Notes under the pieces: generated by a model
Told to the model about the DNA's origin: nothing
Seen by the model: the letters and a program-made list of their open reading frames with translations, nothing else
The model's database searches: none
DNA from: Flaccisagitta enflata
Taxonomy: Eukaryota
DNA: 64,000 nt
Direction of reading: 5' to 3'
NCBI GenBank assembly: GCA_965153355.1
Contig: OZ231126.1
Span: 37,510,001 to 37,574,000, forward strand
In this document: positions 1 to 11,803 of the stretch, piece by piece
Position numbering within the stretch: position 1 is the first letter of the stretch
How the letters are laid out: every line of letters begins with the position of its first letter
Translations under genes and position numbers: made by a program

Positions 1-34
1 AAGCGGGAGTGACAGGAGTGTCGGTGGGAGTGGA

Positions 35-3000
35 ATGGTCATTATGGTTGGTGATGGCGGAGGTGACGGTGGAGACGGTGGTAGTGATTCACACGTCTCC
101 CATTTTCTCTCTCCAACCAAGACGCAGTTGCAGAAACATTCATCAACTAAAGCCAAAAGTAACGGCAGTAATGGTGGAGGTGACAGCGTCTTTGGAAGTG
201 TTGGAGGTGATGACGGAGGAGGTGATTGCCGAGCCAAAATCGAAGCATCATCAAAACAACCCCGTCAACAACAGCAACATCAGGATATCTGCGACGACAT
301 CAAAGAATCCATCTATTCCCCTCTTCCGACGACTAAAGAAAAGTCGTCATTTGAATATTCTCTTACATTCGTCAATAGCAAAGTAAAGAGAGGATTTCAC
401 GAGTCTGCGATGGAACCTCTCAATTCTCATTCAGCTTCTCTTTCATCTCATCCTCTACCCATCGCGCATAAAGGTCGAAGTGACAGCGTCGTAGGTGGGA
501 GTGATGATAGACATGATGATAGTGATGTCCATCTTATTACATCGGCGAAGCAAAAGAAGAAAGCATTCGTCAATAGAGAAGTAAAGAGAGGTTTGGAGAT
601 AGAGAAAACAAAAGGAGGATTTCACGAGTCTGCGATGGAACCTCCCAATTCTCATTCAACTTCTCTCTCATCTCATCTTCCTCCCAATGATTATTCGACG
701 ACGATGACGACGACGACGTCGCCGTTGGATCCATCAACTTCATCTTCATCTAGTTCATCGTTCATCTCGATGTCAAAGGCGCGTAAAGGTCGTAGTGACA
801 GCGTCAGAGGTGGAGGGGACAATATCAGAGGTGGAGGTGACAGCGTCCAAGGTGGAGGAACTGATGGTGGTGATAGTGATGTTCATCTTATCACTTCGAC
901 GAAGCAAAAGAAGAAAGCAATCGTCAAAATGAAAAAAGTGGAAAGGAAAAAGAAACAGAATGAAAGAATTCACGAGTCTGCGATGAAATCTTTCTCTTCT
1001 TCACCTTCTCTGCCATTTCATCTTCCGTCGTCAGTAAAGAAGAAAGCGACGTCGGACTCCTTATTGGTCTCCTTTTCTCCTGGCAAGTCGTCTTTGGCCT
1101 CTTCTCCTGGCAAGTCGTCTTTGGCCTCTTCTCCTGGCAAGTCGTCTTTGGCCTCTTCTCCTGGCAAGTCGTCTTTGGCCTCTTCTCCTGGCAAGTCGTC
1201 TTTGGCCTCTTCTCCTGGCAAGTCGTTTTTGGCCTTTTCTCCTGGCAAGTCGTCTTTGGCCTCTTCTCCTGGCAAGTCGTCTTTGGCCTCTACTGGCAAG
1301 TCGTCTCTGGCCTCTTCTACTGGCAAGTCGTCTTTGGCCTCTACTGGCAAGTCGTCTCTGGCCTCTTCTACTGGCAAGTCGTCTTTGGCCTCTTCTCCTG
1401 GCAAGTCGTCTCTGGCCTCTTTGACTGGCAAGTCGTCTCTGGCCTCTTCTCCTGGCAAGTTGTCTCTGGCCTCTTCTCCTGGCAAGTCGTCTCTGGCCTC
1501 TTCTCCTGGCAAGTCGTCTCTGGCCTCTTCTACTGGCAAGTCGTCTCTGGCCTCTTCTACTGGCAAGTCGTCTTTGGCCTCTTCTACTGGCAAGTCGTCT
1601 CTGGCCTCTTCTACTGGCAAGTCTTTGGCCTTATCTCCATGGGACATGAGAAAGTCCCACTCGTTTTCTCCTTGGAACAATTCTGTGGCGTATGCCTACG
1701 CCAATTTGCCATCTGCTCTCGTGGCTTTATTCAAGTTGCCATCTGCTTTCGTGGCTTTATTCAAGTTGCCATCTGCTGTTGTGGCTTTTCAAGTGCCACT
1801 TTCCGTTGTGGATTTTTGCGTGGCACCTTCCGTTGTGGTTTCTCAAGTGCCACCTTCCGTTGTGGAATCTCTATTGCCATCTCCCCTCGTGCCATCTCCT
1901 CTCACGTCTCAACAATCTCCATCTTCTTCCCGTTTTTCCGGAGGGACCCAACAGGGTTTTCATGTTTTTCAAAGCAGTGAGAATCATATTTCTACTCCGA
2001 CTTCGTGTTTGGAAGAGGAAGGGCAGGAGGAAGAGGAGGAGGAGGAGAAGAAAAGTCGAGATAGATCTTCGATATTTCCTTCTTTTTATCGTCATTCTCC
2101 CTCCAACAATCAATCCCGCGTTAAGCCTCTACTTTCGATGTTCGATGAAGAGGAAGGGGAGGAAAAGGAGGAAAAAGAGGAAGAGGAGAAAAGTAATCGG
2201 AGATCATCGGCATTCGTCTTTGTTCATCGGCATCGTGACCGTCATCCTTCCCTCAACAACATTCAACCCTTCATTCAGCCTCATCTGTCTTCGATGATCA
2301 AGGAAGAGGAAGGGGAGGAGGAGGAGGAGAAAGACATTAAAAAGTGTCACCAGTCCTTCGATCGAAAGAGCAATCCAAAAACGAGAAAGAGAAAGAAAAG
2401 AAATTCTCTCAATCGTCCTCCACATCGTTTCGAGTTTCAGCGCAAGAAAAAGAGAAAGAAAGCGCGGAAATCTCAATCATTACGGCGCCGTCGCGATCGA
2501 TGCCATTCCCGCGGACTTTCACGCCGCTTCTACGGGCGCATTGGGCGCCATTTCTTCCCTCGTGATCGATGCCACACTCACGGACGTTCGCGCGGTTTCT
2601 ACGGGCGCATAGGGCGCCACTTCCATGAGCGTTTACGACGCCGCTGCAACGGACGTTTACGCTATTTCTACGGACGCAGAAGGCGCCGCTTCTCCCGTCG
2701 TGTACGACGCAGCTTTGGACGTTCACGCCGCTTCTACGGGCGCACACGGCGCCAATTCTTCCATCGTGATCGACGCCGTTTCTATGGACGGTCACGCCGC
2801 TTCTATGGGCGCAAAGAGCGCCGCTTCTTCCGTCGTGTTCGACGCCGCTATGGACGTTCACGACATCTTCACGGGCGTGCGAAACGCCATCCTCACGGGC
2901 GAATGAATCGCCATCCTCACGGGCGAATGAAACGCCATCCTCACGGGCGTGTGAAACGCCATCCTCACGGGCGTGTGAAACGCCATCTGCGCCGATGCCG

Positions 3001-3160
3001 TCTCACAAACGGACGGCGCTCTTCTCATCTCCGCCATCGAAAGAAGATGGACATATTCAGCAGTCGCCTCATCATTCATCAGTGGATGTTTCGTTCATTC
3101 GTCGTTCATCACTCGGTGAATTCATTTGTTCATGGGTCGATAAATCTGCTCCTCATCTAA
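35..3160 (+). CDS. Long low-complexity ORF inside the LTR element (copy 1, 5'-truncated by the window edge). Gly/Ser-rich modules, SSPGKSSLA repeats, acidic Glu tracts, Lys/Arg patch, and an Arg-rich C-terminus (RRFYGR and HPHGRVKR repeats).
   Basis: 1041 stop-free codons. The second copy extends the same frame upstream (12210-13130). No CCHC knuckle, protease, RT or integrase motif is visible. Confidence 0.55.
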   Translation: MVIMVGDGGGDGGDGGSDSHVSHFLSPTKTQLQKHSSTKAKSNGSNGGGDSVFGSVGGDDGGGDCRAKIEASSKQPRQQQQHQDICDDIKESIYSPLPTTKEKSSFEYSLTFVNSKVKRGFHESAMEPLNSHSASLSSHPLPIAHKGRSDSVVGGSDDRHDDSDVHLITSAKQKKKAFVNREVKRGLEIEKTKGGFHESAMEPPNSHSTSLSSHLPPNDYSTTMTTTTSPLDPSTSSSSSSSFISMSKARKGRSDSVRGGGDNIRGGGDSVQGGGTDGGDSDVHLITSTKQKKKAIVKMKKVERKKKQNERIHESAMKSFSSSPSLPFHLPSSVKKKATSDSLLVSFSPGKSSLASSPGKSSLASSPGKSSLASSPGKSSLASSPGKSSLASSPGKSFLAFSPGKSSLASSPGKSSLASTGKSSLASSTGKSSLASTGKSSLASSTGKSSLASSPGKSSLASLTGKSSLASSPGKLSLASSPGKSSLASSPGKSSLASSTGKSSLASSTGKSSLASSTGKSSLASSTGKSLALSPWDMRKSHSFSPWNNSVAYAYANLPSALVALFKLPSAFVALFKLPSAVVAFQVPLSVVDFCVAPSVVVSQVPPSVVESLLPSPLVPSPLTSQQSPSSSRFSGGTQQGFHVFQSSENHISTPTSCLEEEGQEEEEEEEKKSRDRSSIFPSFYRHSPSNNQSRVKPLLSMFDEEEGEEKEEKEEEEKSNRRSSAFVFVHRHRDRHPSLNNIQPFIQPHLSSMIKEEEGEEEEEKDIKKCHQSFDRKSNPKTRKRKKRNSLNRPPHRFEFQRKKKRKKARKSQSLRRRRDRCHSRGLSRRFYGRIGRHFFPRDRCHTHGRSRGFYGRIGRHFHERLRRRCNGRLRYFYGRRRRRFSRRVRRSFGRSRRFYGRTRRQFFHRDRRRFYGRSRRFYGRKERRFFRRVRRRYGRSRHLHGRAKRHPHGRMNRHPHGRMKRHPHGRVKRHPHGRVKRHLRRCRLTNGRRSSHLRHRKKMDIFSSRLIIHQWMFRSFVVHHSVNSFVHGSINLLLI
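1074..1625 (+). repeat. 27-bp coding minisatellite (tctcctggcaagtcgtctttggcctct), with a few 24-bp units
   Basis: About 20 tandem units. Length variants are multiples of 3, and the antisense frame (EEAKDDLPG) is also open. Confidence 0.95.
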
Positions 3161-5245
3161 CGCCAACTACGCTTCGCGTCGTAGAAGATGTCAATTTAAG
3201 TGATATTGATTGTCTGTTCTTCAACTTACTCTTCCTTAGATATTTCTCGATAGATTCTCTCATTGTTTATTTTTCGTCGGTAAAAGGCCGAGATCACGTG
3301 AAAGAATGAAAAGAATAGGAAGGAAAATAAATGCCGTTTGAGTACAACGGACTTCTGTTACAATCGTCGTCTTTGCTCCTGTGAATAGTGTCGTCGATTT
3401 CCATGTTATATTTGTTGTTTTAAAGATGGACAACACTTAGCTACGCTCTTGCTACACTCGTTTCCCTCTTTAATCTCCGCCGATTCTCCCTACGTCTGCC
3501 AACTGCGCTTCTATGTAAAACATTGGTTCCGTTTAGTGGGGGTTGAATACGTGGGGGGGGGGGTGTTCCGTGATTGGAATGGTCAGGAATTATTAAGCAA
3601 TTCATGACATTTTATTTCCGTCATTCACTTAACCTTTTTTTTCAGCTTTTGAAAAATGATCAAGAATATTTTAGTATTATTGATATTTATTTTTTCATCA
3701 GCTATTTTTAGCTTTCTGAAATTTGCCTAAGGCTATTTGAAAGTCACGGGCCTTTATATTTCTGATTGCTCTTTCTTTTTGAGCGTGGCAATATTTGTTT
3801 TCTGAGTAAACAGTGTTTACATTTGATAACAAATTACGAGCTGAAATGGATAAGTAGATTTCAGTTCTTTGTTTCTATCTGTCTGTTTGAATAAGGATTA
3901 GATATTTCATTTCGGATTTATGTTTATATTTCCCTCCTGTTGCATTGCATATGTAACTTTTCCTTTCCGTAAGCTGTTAGGTTTACTTTTGATTATGGAT
4001 TTCGAGCTGAAATGGATAAGTAGATTTCAGTTCTTTATTTCTTTCCTTTTTTTTTCCCGCTTAATTCACGGAGAAAAATCGTTCACATTCTTACATTCAG
4101 AAATTACGTTTGTTGCATTGTACATGTAACTTTTCCTTTTGGTAAGTTTTGAGGCTTACACTTAGTTACGAATTTGATTTAGCTTTCTGATTCGATTAAG
4201 TTTTCTGATTTGATTTAGCCTTCTGATTTGATATAGCTTTCTGAATTCAGTCTAAGACTAGAAGGTCACTGGCGTTTATAATTCTGATTGCTTCTTTTCC
4301 TTTTGAGTGCGTGACATGATTTTGAAAAGTCAACGCCAATATTCTTTTGTTTGCTGAAATGGATAAGCTGATTTCAGTGTTATGTTTCCATTGAAAATGG
4401 GTTTATAGATTTTTCGCGTTTGCTTCAGAGAAAAGCGTATGAATCTTATTTTGTATTTCCATAATTTGTCATATAGAATTGACATTACGTTGCCTAAATG
4501 TACGGCAATTTTTCAAGGCCTAAGTGAATGGCATTTGTTTCATTGTTCGCGCCTATATGGATGGCGTCTTTTCTTTCATGTATTAGCTCGCCAAAATGAA
4601 CGGCATTTCTGTGATTATTTTGTCGCCTTAGTGAGTGACATTTCCAGTTTGTTCAGCATTGAAGTATTGCATACTTTCGATGTTCTCCAGCCTATAGCAT
4701 GGCATTTTCACGAATTCCTCCGGCCTATAGTAAGGCTTCATTCCTAATTTTCTCCGGCCTATAGCATGGCATTCATTCCTAATTTTCTCCGGCCTATAGC
4801 ATGGCATTTTTCTTTGGCCTAAAGTATGGCATTGTTTCTGAATTTCCTAGCAGCCTTAGTATGGCATTCCTTTTGATTTCCTCGGCCTGAAGTATGGCAT
4901 TTTCTCCATTATTCTTATGCCTAAGAGTATGGGTTTTTCATTCATTCTTGCACATAGCATTCTATGCATGTATCCTGATTCAGATTTCAGTTGAGAAAAT
5001 GAATTTTGGTCCATCTTTTTCTAGTTGCCCTAAATGTAGCCTGAAATTGAGAGAATCTTTTTCTATTTTGGCATTCATTTTAGATTGGCATTGGCATTTT
5101 GTTTGTGCTTAGCCCTTTTTTCCGTGCCTAGCATTTTGGTCACGCTTAGCATTTTGCCCCATTATGGCTCATTTTGGAAATGATTTTCCGGTCATTTTAG
5201 ACATGCTGGGTGTGTTGGATATGTTTGACATCTCCAAGTGGGGGG

Positions 5246-5775
5246 TGTGCGCGCTCCTACGCGCTTTTGCGATGCTCTTTTTGATTTGATGCGTTTAACT
5301 CACCTACCTTCCGTTTAACTTACCCCTGGTGAGACGCCTTGTCATTAATTTGATACTCGACCAAAATGGAAACAGATTTGCTCTTTAAGGACGGCAGAGA
5401 TTTTCTTTATAAGAACATACGATCTATGGCTAGTCTATTTGTCTCTTTCGTGTCCATTTCTTTCTATTATGCGTCTATTTTGTGTCAATGGTAAAGAAAT
5501 TGGCAAGTTTCTAATGGTTCTCTCATTTTCCCCATTTCAGATGATAAATGATACATGAATTTTATCATTGTTTACCTCGATACCCCTAAGTCAGGACCGA
5601 GTTGAAGTTTTGCAGGTATAAGCATTTCCAAGGCTTGTAATACTGATACACATTGATTCTTGTAAACGATTGCTTGTTTATAAATAATTCATTGTTTATA
5701 ATAAAACATTTTTGCAGACCCAGTAACCGTCTCTGCATTTACTACTACTGCCGAAGAAAGGGGGGATCGCGGACA
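5246..5775 (+). mobile_element. 3' LTR of copy 1 of the LTR element
   Basis: Runs TGTGCGCG...CGCGGACA, is preceded by the purine tract aagtgggggg, and matches 11804-12328 and 18244-18761. Confidence 0.85.
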
Positions 5776-6175
5776 ATCAGTCTGTTGGTCCATCAGTGCA
5801 AGTCATAAAGAGGGAAATGAGCGTTTTGTGTACTTTTGGCGTATGTTTGTGTATATGTGGGGTATTAAGGTGTGGATGGCGGTTGGACGCCCCTGCCCAC
5901 CCGTCCGCAACGATATTGTGACCCCACGTCACATGCTGTGTATGAGTCTGTGTTGGGAGGGAGTTGGGTGGGGCATTGGGTGTGAATGGGGGTTGCCCAC
6001 CCATTTGCAACAATATTGTGACCCAGCGTCACTGTTTTTTTTCATTCTATCATGAATTCCATTTCCATTCTTTTTTTCTTACCTTTTCTTCTTTTTTTTT
6101 TCTTCATTTCTTTCTTTTTTTTCTCTTTCTTTCTCTTTTTTTTTCTATCTTTCTTTCTTTCTTTCTTTCTTTTTT

Positions 6176-6222
<47 letters not shown>

Positions 6223-7473
6223 CTCTTTCTTTCTTTCTTTCTTTCTTTGTTTTTTTCTATAATTCGCTTTTCCTCTCTTTCCTTGTTTTTCTTTCTTTCT
6301 TTCTTTCTCTTTTCCTCTCTTTTCTTCTTTCTTTCTTTCTTTCTTTCTCTTTTTTTTTCTTTCTTTCTTTTTTTTCTTTTTTCCCTTTCTCATTTCTTCC
6401 TTCCTTCCTTCCTTCCTTTCTTCCTTCCTTCCTTCTTCTTTTCTACTTATTTCTTTCTTCCTTTCTTCCTTCCTTCCTTTCTTTCTTTCTTTCTCTCTAA
6501 AAGAAAAAAGTGTAGGAAGCGTTGAAAACGCGTAATGCGAACGCCTTAGCAACCAAAAACGTTGGATGCGATGCGTAACGCGATGCGCGAGCTGCCGGGA
6601 AACGCGAATGCAAACGCTTTTGAAAATCCCGCGCATCCTTAGCCCTGTTTTGCATCTTGGCAAGCTCAAATGCCCCATCAACTTTCAAAATGTCATTTTT
6701 GAAAATTTTCTAAAATTTTAGGCATCTTAGCTACTGGTAGACATTAATTCATATACATCAATTTACACTTTTCTATTGGAGATTGATAAGAAAATAAATA
6801 TATGTCTCTGGAACTAGCCGATGGTAAAATTGCCAAGTCATTATCTGCCTTTGTTAAAGTGTGACATTCTTCTAAAAACAAAAGATAATGAGATCAGAAT
6901 TTCTCCTTATTATCACCTGATTTGTGTCCACTGAAAATACCAAATTTGCATAGGGAATCCAAAAATATAAAAACCAAGAATATAAGACTCTTTTGAATTA
7001 GTATATCTACAGTTATATGTTTTAGAAAACGCAAATCTTGTTATTTCTAAGATACACTTATCAAATTTTTATTACACAAGATTGTCCTATTTTTGTTCCA
7101 AATTATGTTCCAGAGGATGTTTATGATCATTCTGGACAGTGACACCAAATCTGGCTTTGTGTTAGCTAGTTGTACTATTTGCTTGCTAACAAAAATCATT
7201 TGTTGCATTTGAATTAATAATTAATTTGATTATTACAAACCAGAAAAAATATATTAAAAAGGGCATGAATAAAAAGTTCTATTCGACTGTGCAACATGTC
7301 TTATTCGTTCGCCACTTTTTCCCTTCCTTCGAATTCGTCCCAGTTGCTTTTTGTCTGTCTGTGCACTTGTCTATTCATTGTCTTTCTCGTCCCAATATTT
7401 GCTCAATTTGTCTGTCTGTCTGTCTGTCTGTCTGCTTTTGTTTTTCTGTCTGTCAGCCTATCTGCATCTCTCG

Positions 7474-7571
<98 letters not shown>

Positions 7572-7928
7572 TTTTCCTCAAGGAAGTGTTTATAGAATGA
7601 TTCAATTAATTTATGGATCAAAAAAATTCTCTCAATCAAAGTCAACAAATGTTTTTCACAATTCAAAATTGGAGTGTTAAATGACTCTGAATTGTAATTG
7701 TTAATTTTTTGTGTGTGCGTGTAATATGTCTGTGAGGGTCCACAAGGCCAGCTTCCACATTTTTCAGTTTGGATACATAGAGGGATGTTGTTCCACTTGC
7801 GATGCCATAAAAATGATCACATTTGTGCATATGCAAGAGCTATCAAATCTGCTATCTAGAGCGACTTTTCGTTCACTTAATACCTTTCACAACTATCATT
7901 CTAAACGAGCTAGATTAAGTAATAATAT

Positions 7929-7932
<4 letters not shown>

Positions 7933-7984
<52 letters not shown>

Positions 7985-9005
7985 CGAGAGATGCAGATAG
8001 GCTGACAGACAGAAAAACAAAAGCAGACAGACAGACAGACAGACAGACAAATTGAGCAAATATTGGGACGAGAAAGACAATGAATAGACAAGTGCACAGA
8101 CAGACAAAAAGCAACTGGGACGAATTCGAAGGAAGGGAAAAAGTGGCGAACGAATAAGACATGTTGCACAGTCGAATAGAACTTTTTATTCATGCCCTTT
8201 TTAATATATTTTTTCTGGTTTGTAATAATCAAATTAATTATTAATTCAAATGCAACAAATGATTTTTGTTAGCAAGCAAATAGTACAACTAGCTAACACA
8301 AAGCCAGATTTGGTGTGACTGTCCAGAATGATCATAAACGTCCTCTGGAACATAATTTGCAGCAAAAATAGGACAATCTTGTGTAATAAAAATTTGATAA
8401 GTGTATCTTAGAAATAACAAGATTTGCGTTTTCTAAAACATATAACTGTAGATATACTAATTCAAAAGAGTCTTATATTCTTGGTTTTTATATTTTTGGA
8501 TTCCCTATGCAAATTTGGTATTTTCAGTGGACACAAATCAGGTGATAATAAGGAGAAATTCTGATCTCATTATCTTTTGTTTTTAGAAGAATGTCACACT
8601 TTAACAAAGGCAGATAATGACTTGGCAATTTTACCATCGGCTAGTTCCAGAGACATATATTTATTTTCTTATCAATCTCCAATAGAAAAGTGTAAATTGA
8701 TGTATATGAATTAATGTCTACCAGTAGCTAAGATGCCTAAAATTTTAGAAAATTTTCAAAAATGACATTTTGAAAGTTGATGGGGCATTTGAGCTTGCCA
8801 AGATGCAAAACAGGGCTAAGGATGCGCGGGATTTTCAACAGCGTTCGCGTTCGCGTTTTCCAGCAGCTCGCGCATCGCGTTACGCATCGCATCCAACGTT
8901 TTTGGTTGCTAACGCGTTCGCGTTACGCGTTTTCAACGCTTCCTACACTTTTTTCTTTTAGAGAGAAAGAAAGAAAGAAAGGAAGGAAGGAAGAAAGGAA
9001 AAGAG
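7933..9005 (-). repeat. Inverted copy of ~6465-7530, forming the arm of a ~2.5-kb quasi-palindrome
   Basis: Reverse-complement match throughout with scattered substitutions. Mirrored ORFs 6497..6688(-)/8770..8961(+) and 7226(+)/8232(-). Confidence 0.95.
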
Positions 9006-10402
9006 AAAGAAAGCGCGGAAATCTCAATCATTACGGCACCGTCGCGATCGATGCCATTCCCGCGGACTTTCACGCCGCTTCTACGGGCGCAGTGGGCGCC
9101 ATTTCTTCCCTCGTGATCGATGCCACACTCACGGACGTTCGCGCGGTTTCTACGGGCGCATAGGGCGCCACTTCTTCCATGAGCGTTTACGACGCCGCTG
9201 CAACGGACGTTTACGCTATTTCTACGGGCGCAGAAGGCGCCGCTTCTCCCGTCGTGTACGACGCCGCTTCGGACGTTCACGCCGCTTCTACGGGCGCACA
9301 CGGCGCCACTTCTTCCATCGTGATCGACGCCGTTCCTATGGACGGTCACGCCACTTCTATGGGCGCAAAGAGCGCCGCTTCTTCCGTTGTGTTCGACGCC
9401 GCTATGGACGTTCACGACATCTTCACGGGCGTGCGAAACGCCATCCTCACGGGCGAGTGAATCGCCATCCTCACGGGCGTGTGAAACGCCATCCTCACGG
9501 GCGTGTGAAACGCCATCCTTACGGGCGTGTGAAACGCCATCTGCGCCGATGCCGTCTCACAAACGGACGGCGCTCTTCTCATCTCCGCCATCGAAAGAAG
9601 ATGGACATATTCAGCAGTCGCCTCATCATTCATCAGTGGATGTTTCGTTCATTCGTCGTTCATCACTCGGTGAATTCATTTGTTCATGGGTCGATAAATC
9701 TGCTCCTCATCTAACGCCAACTACGCTTCGCGTCGTAGAAGATGTCAATTTAAGTGATATTGATTGTCTGTTCTTCAACTTACTCTTCCTTAGATATTTC
9801 TCGATAGATTCTCTCATTGTTTATTTTTCGTCGGTAAAAGGCCGAGATCACGTGAAAGAATGAAAAGAATAGGAAGGAAAATAAATGCCGTTTGAGTACA
9901 ACGGACTTCTGTTACAATCGTCGTCTTTGCTCCTGTGAATAGTGTCGTCGATTTCCATGTTATATTTGTTGTTTTAAAGATGGACAACACTTAGCTACGC
10001 TCTTGCTACACTCGTTTCCCTCTTTAATCTCCGCCGATTCTCCCTACGTCTGCCAACTGCGCTTCTATGTAAAACATTGGTTCCGTTTAGTGGGGGTTGA
10101 ATACGTGGGGGGGGGGGTGTTCCGTGATTGGAATGGTCAGGAATTATTAAGCAATTCATGACATTTTATTTCCGTCATTCACTTAACCTTTTTTTTCAGC
10201 TTTTGAAAAATGATCAAGAATATTTTAGTATTATTGATATTTATTTTTTCATCAGCTATTTTTAGCTTTCTGAAATTTGCCTAAGGCTATTTGAAAGTCA
10301 CGGGCCTTTATATTTCTGATTGCTCTTTCTTTTTGAGCGTGGCAATATTTGTTTTCTGAGTAAACAGTGTTTACATTTGATAACAAATTACGAGCTGAAA
10401 TG
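9001..10402 (+). repeat. Third copy of segment ~2449-3849 (Arg-rich ORF end plus 3' flank)
   Basis: Direct match from aagagaaagaaagcgcggaaatc to cgagctgaaatgg. Confidence 0.95.
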
Positions 10403-11803
10403 GTGCCTCAACCGATATTCTCCGTCAAGTTCATCTTGATTAGTCCCTTCCAGATTAACTCGTTCATCGCGCGGTTCATGGATCAGCAGTTCTTTCCTCC
10501 ATCCATCTCCACGCCATGTGTTGCTATCAAAGACACCACCATCATTAGGAAAGTCTCCGGCAATGCGCCAATATGGTCTATCGCTGTGTCCCCAGCTGTG
10601 TTCCCAGTCAATTCGCCAACTTGGTCCATCGCCGCGCCATTTAGAAAAGCCGAGCCACCCTTGCATATCTTTGCGACGACTTGGTACATCCCTGCGACGG
10701 CTTGGTTCATCGCGAAACAAATTTGGTTCGTCGAGGCGCTGATCTGGTCCATTTTGGAGCCAATTCGGTCCATTCCTAGAGGAGGAAGAGGATGCTTTTG
10801 AAGAGGAAGTCGGGGAAAGAGAAGTGGGCGAAGCGGAAGACGCGATGGAAGAGGAAGCTGGTGCGATAGTTGAGGAGGAAGAGGACGATGAGTGGTTCGG
10901 AATGGAGCGCCGTAGTTTTTTGAGCAACAATGAAGCAGAGAAGGGAGCAGCCCCAAATGCAAATCTTGGGGATACGACGAGGAAAAAACAAAAAAAGAAA
11001 ATCCGATGTTGGAGCCGCTCCGCCGACATATTTTCTCATTTAATTCGACAGATCGTTCTATCTTTAATTTTAAACGATGTAGCGTTGAGGAGAGAGGATG
11101 AAATATTCTCCATTCCCAAGTAAGCATATGACATCGAGTGGATTGAACCAAGGATGATTTTTGTAAGATGGGACTGTTAGCGGGATCTCCGTCGCCTCGT
11201 TCGTTACTTGTGGCTGCGTTCATGAAGTGAAATTTTATATTTGTGGTATGACACGGGATAATCTAGGGCGGAATTTCTTATTCATGCAAAATTAAAGATT
11301 TTTTTGTGATTGCAGATTTTTTTCTGATATTTTTGGAAAAGGCTATTCTATACCTTAGGTTAAAACATATTTCGCATCAGGGATAAGGATGCGATCCGGG
11401 ATGCGAATGCGAACGCACAGGATGCGCATGATTTAGCTAAACGCGAATAGGGATGCGGATGCATTTAATGAAATATGGGAGTGGATGCGAACGCGCATCC
11501 TTACCAAAGCGTTCGCATCAATGCGCTTTTGCATTTGCCTTGTCCTAAACCTTTAAACCCAAAACATGCAGACATTGAAAAAAATGACATTCCTACACGT
11601 TTTATTCTCCTAGCTCTTAATTTTTTCTTTCTTTCTCTTGTCCATCCATCCCTTTGTTCGTTGGTTTTATAAGATGGTGCCGATGGTGCGACCCGGCCCT
11701 GTTAACTTGTTTTAGTTGCCGAAACACATCTCTATAAGAGGCTTTGTCTGTCCATTCATCCGTTGGTCCGGTGGTCTATTGGTCCGTTGGTCTACTTCAC
11801 TTG

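Larger units (their letters stand above)
1..7932 (+). repeat. Segmental duplication, copy 1 (partner 13097-20677)
   Basis: Position 1 aligns to 13097. Both copies end at ...taataatatgtag and include flanking DNA beyond the transposon end. Confidence 0.9.

Noticed and set aside
1074-1625. Regular 27-bp repeats as a CRISPR array
   Set aside because: Units are contiguous with no unique spacers, there are no cas genes, and the context is eukaryotic.
1018-1680. Antisense ORF (EEAKDDLPG repeats) as a gene
   Set aside because: Confined to the minisatellite; it is open because the repeat unit lacks stop codons.
3552-3570. G-run followed by TG as a second PPT/LTR start
   Set aside because: The downstream sequence does not match the LTR and has no partner repeat within the element.
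1-7932. Copy 1 as an independent transposition of the hAT or LTR element
   Set aside because: Identity extends ~1.3 kb beyond the hAT right end with the same flank, so it is a segmental duplication.
5964-8232. ORFs rich in F/L/S or ER/RK (also at 26.1, 37.8, 43.2, 44.5, 45.8, 51.1, 57.3, 59.1 and 62.4 kb)
   Set aside because: They are translations of (TTTC)n, (CT)n, (GTT)n, (GAT)n and (CA)n microsatellites.
11795-11803. TSD for the LTR element
   Set aside because: Left flank (cacttg) and right flank (atcagt) do not match; no TSD is claimed.
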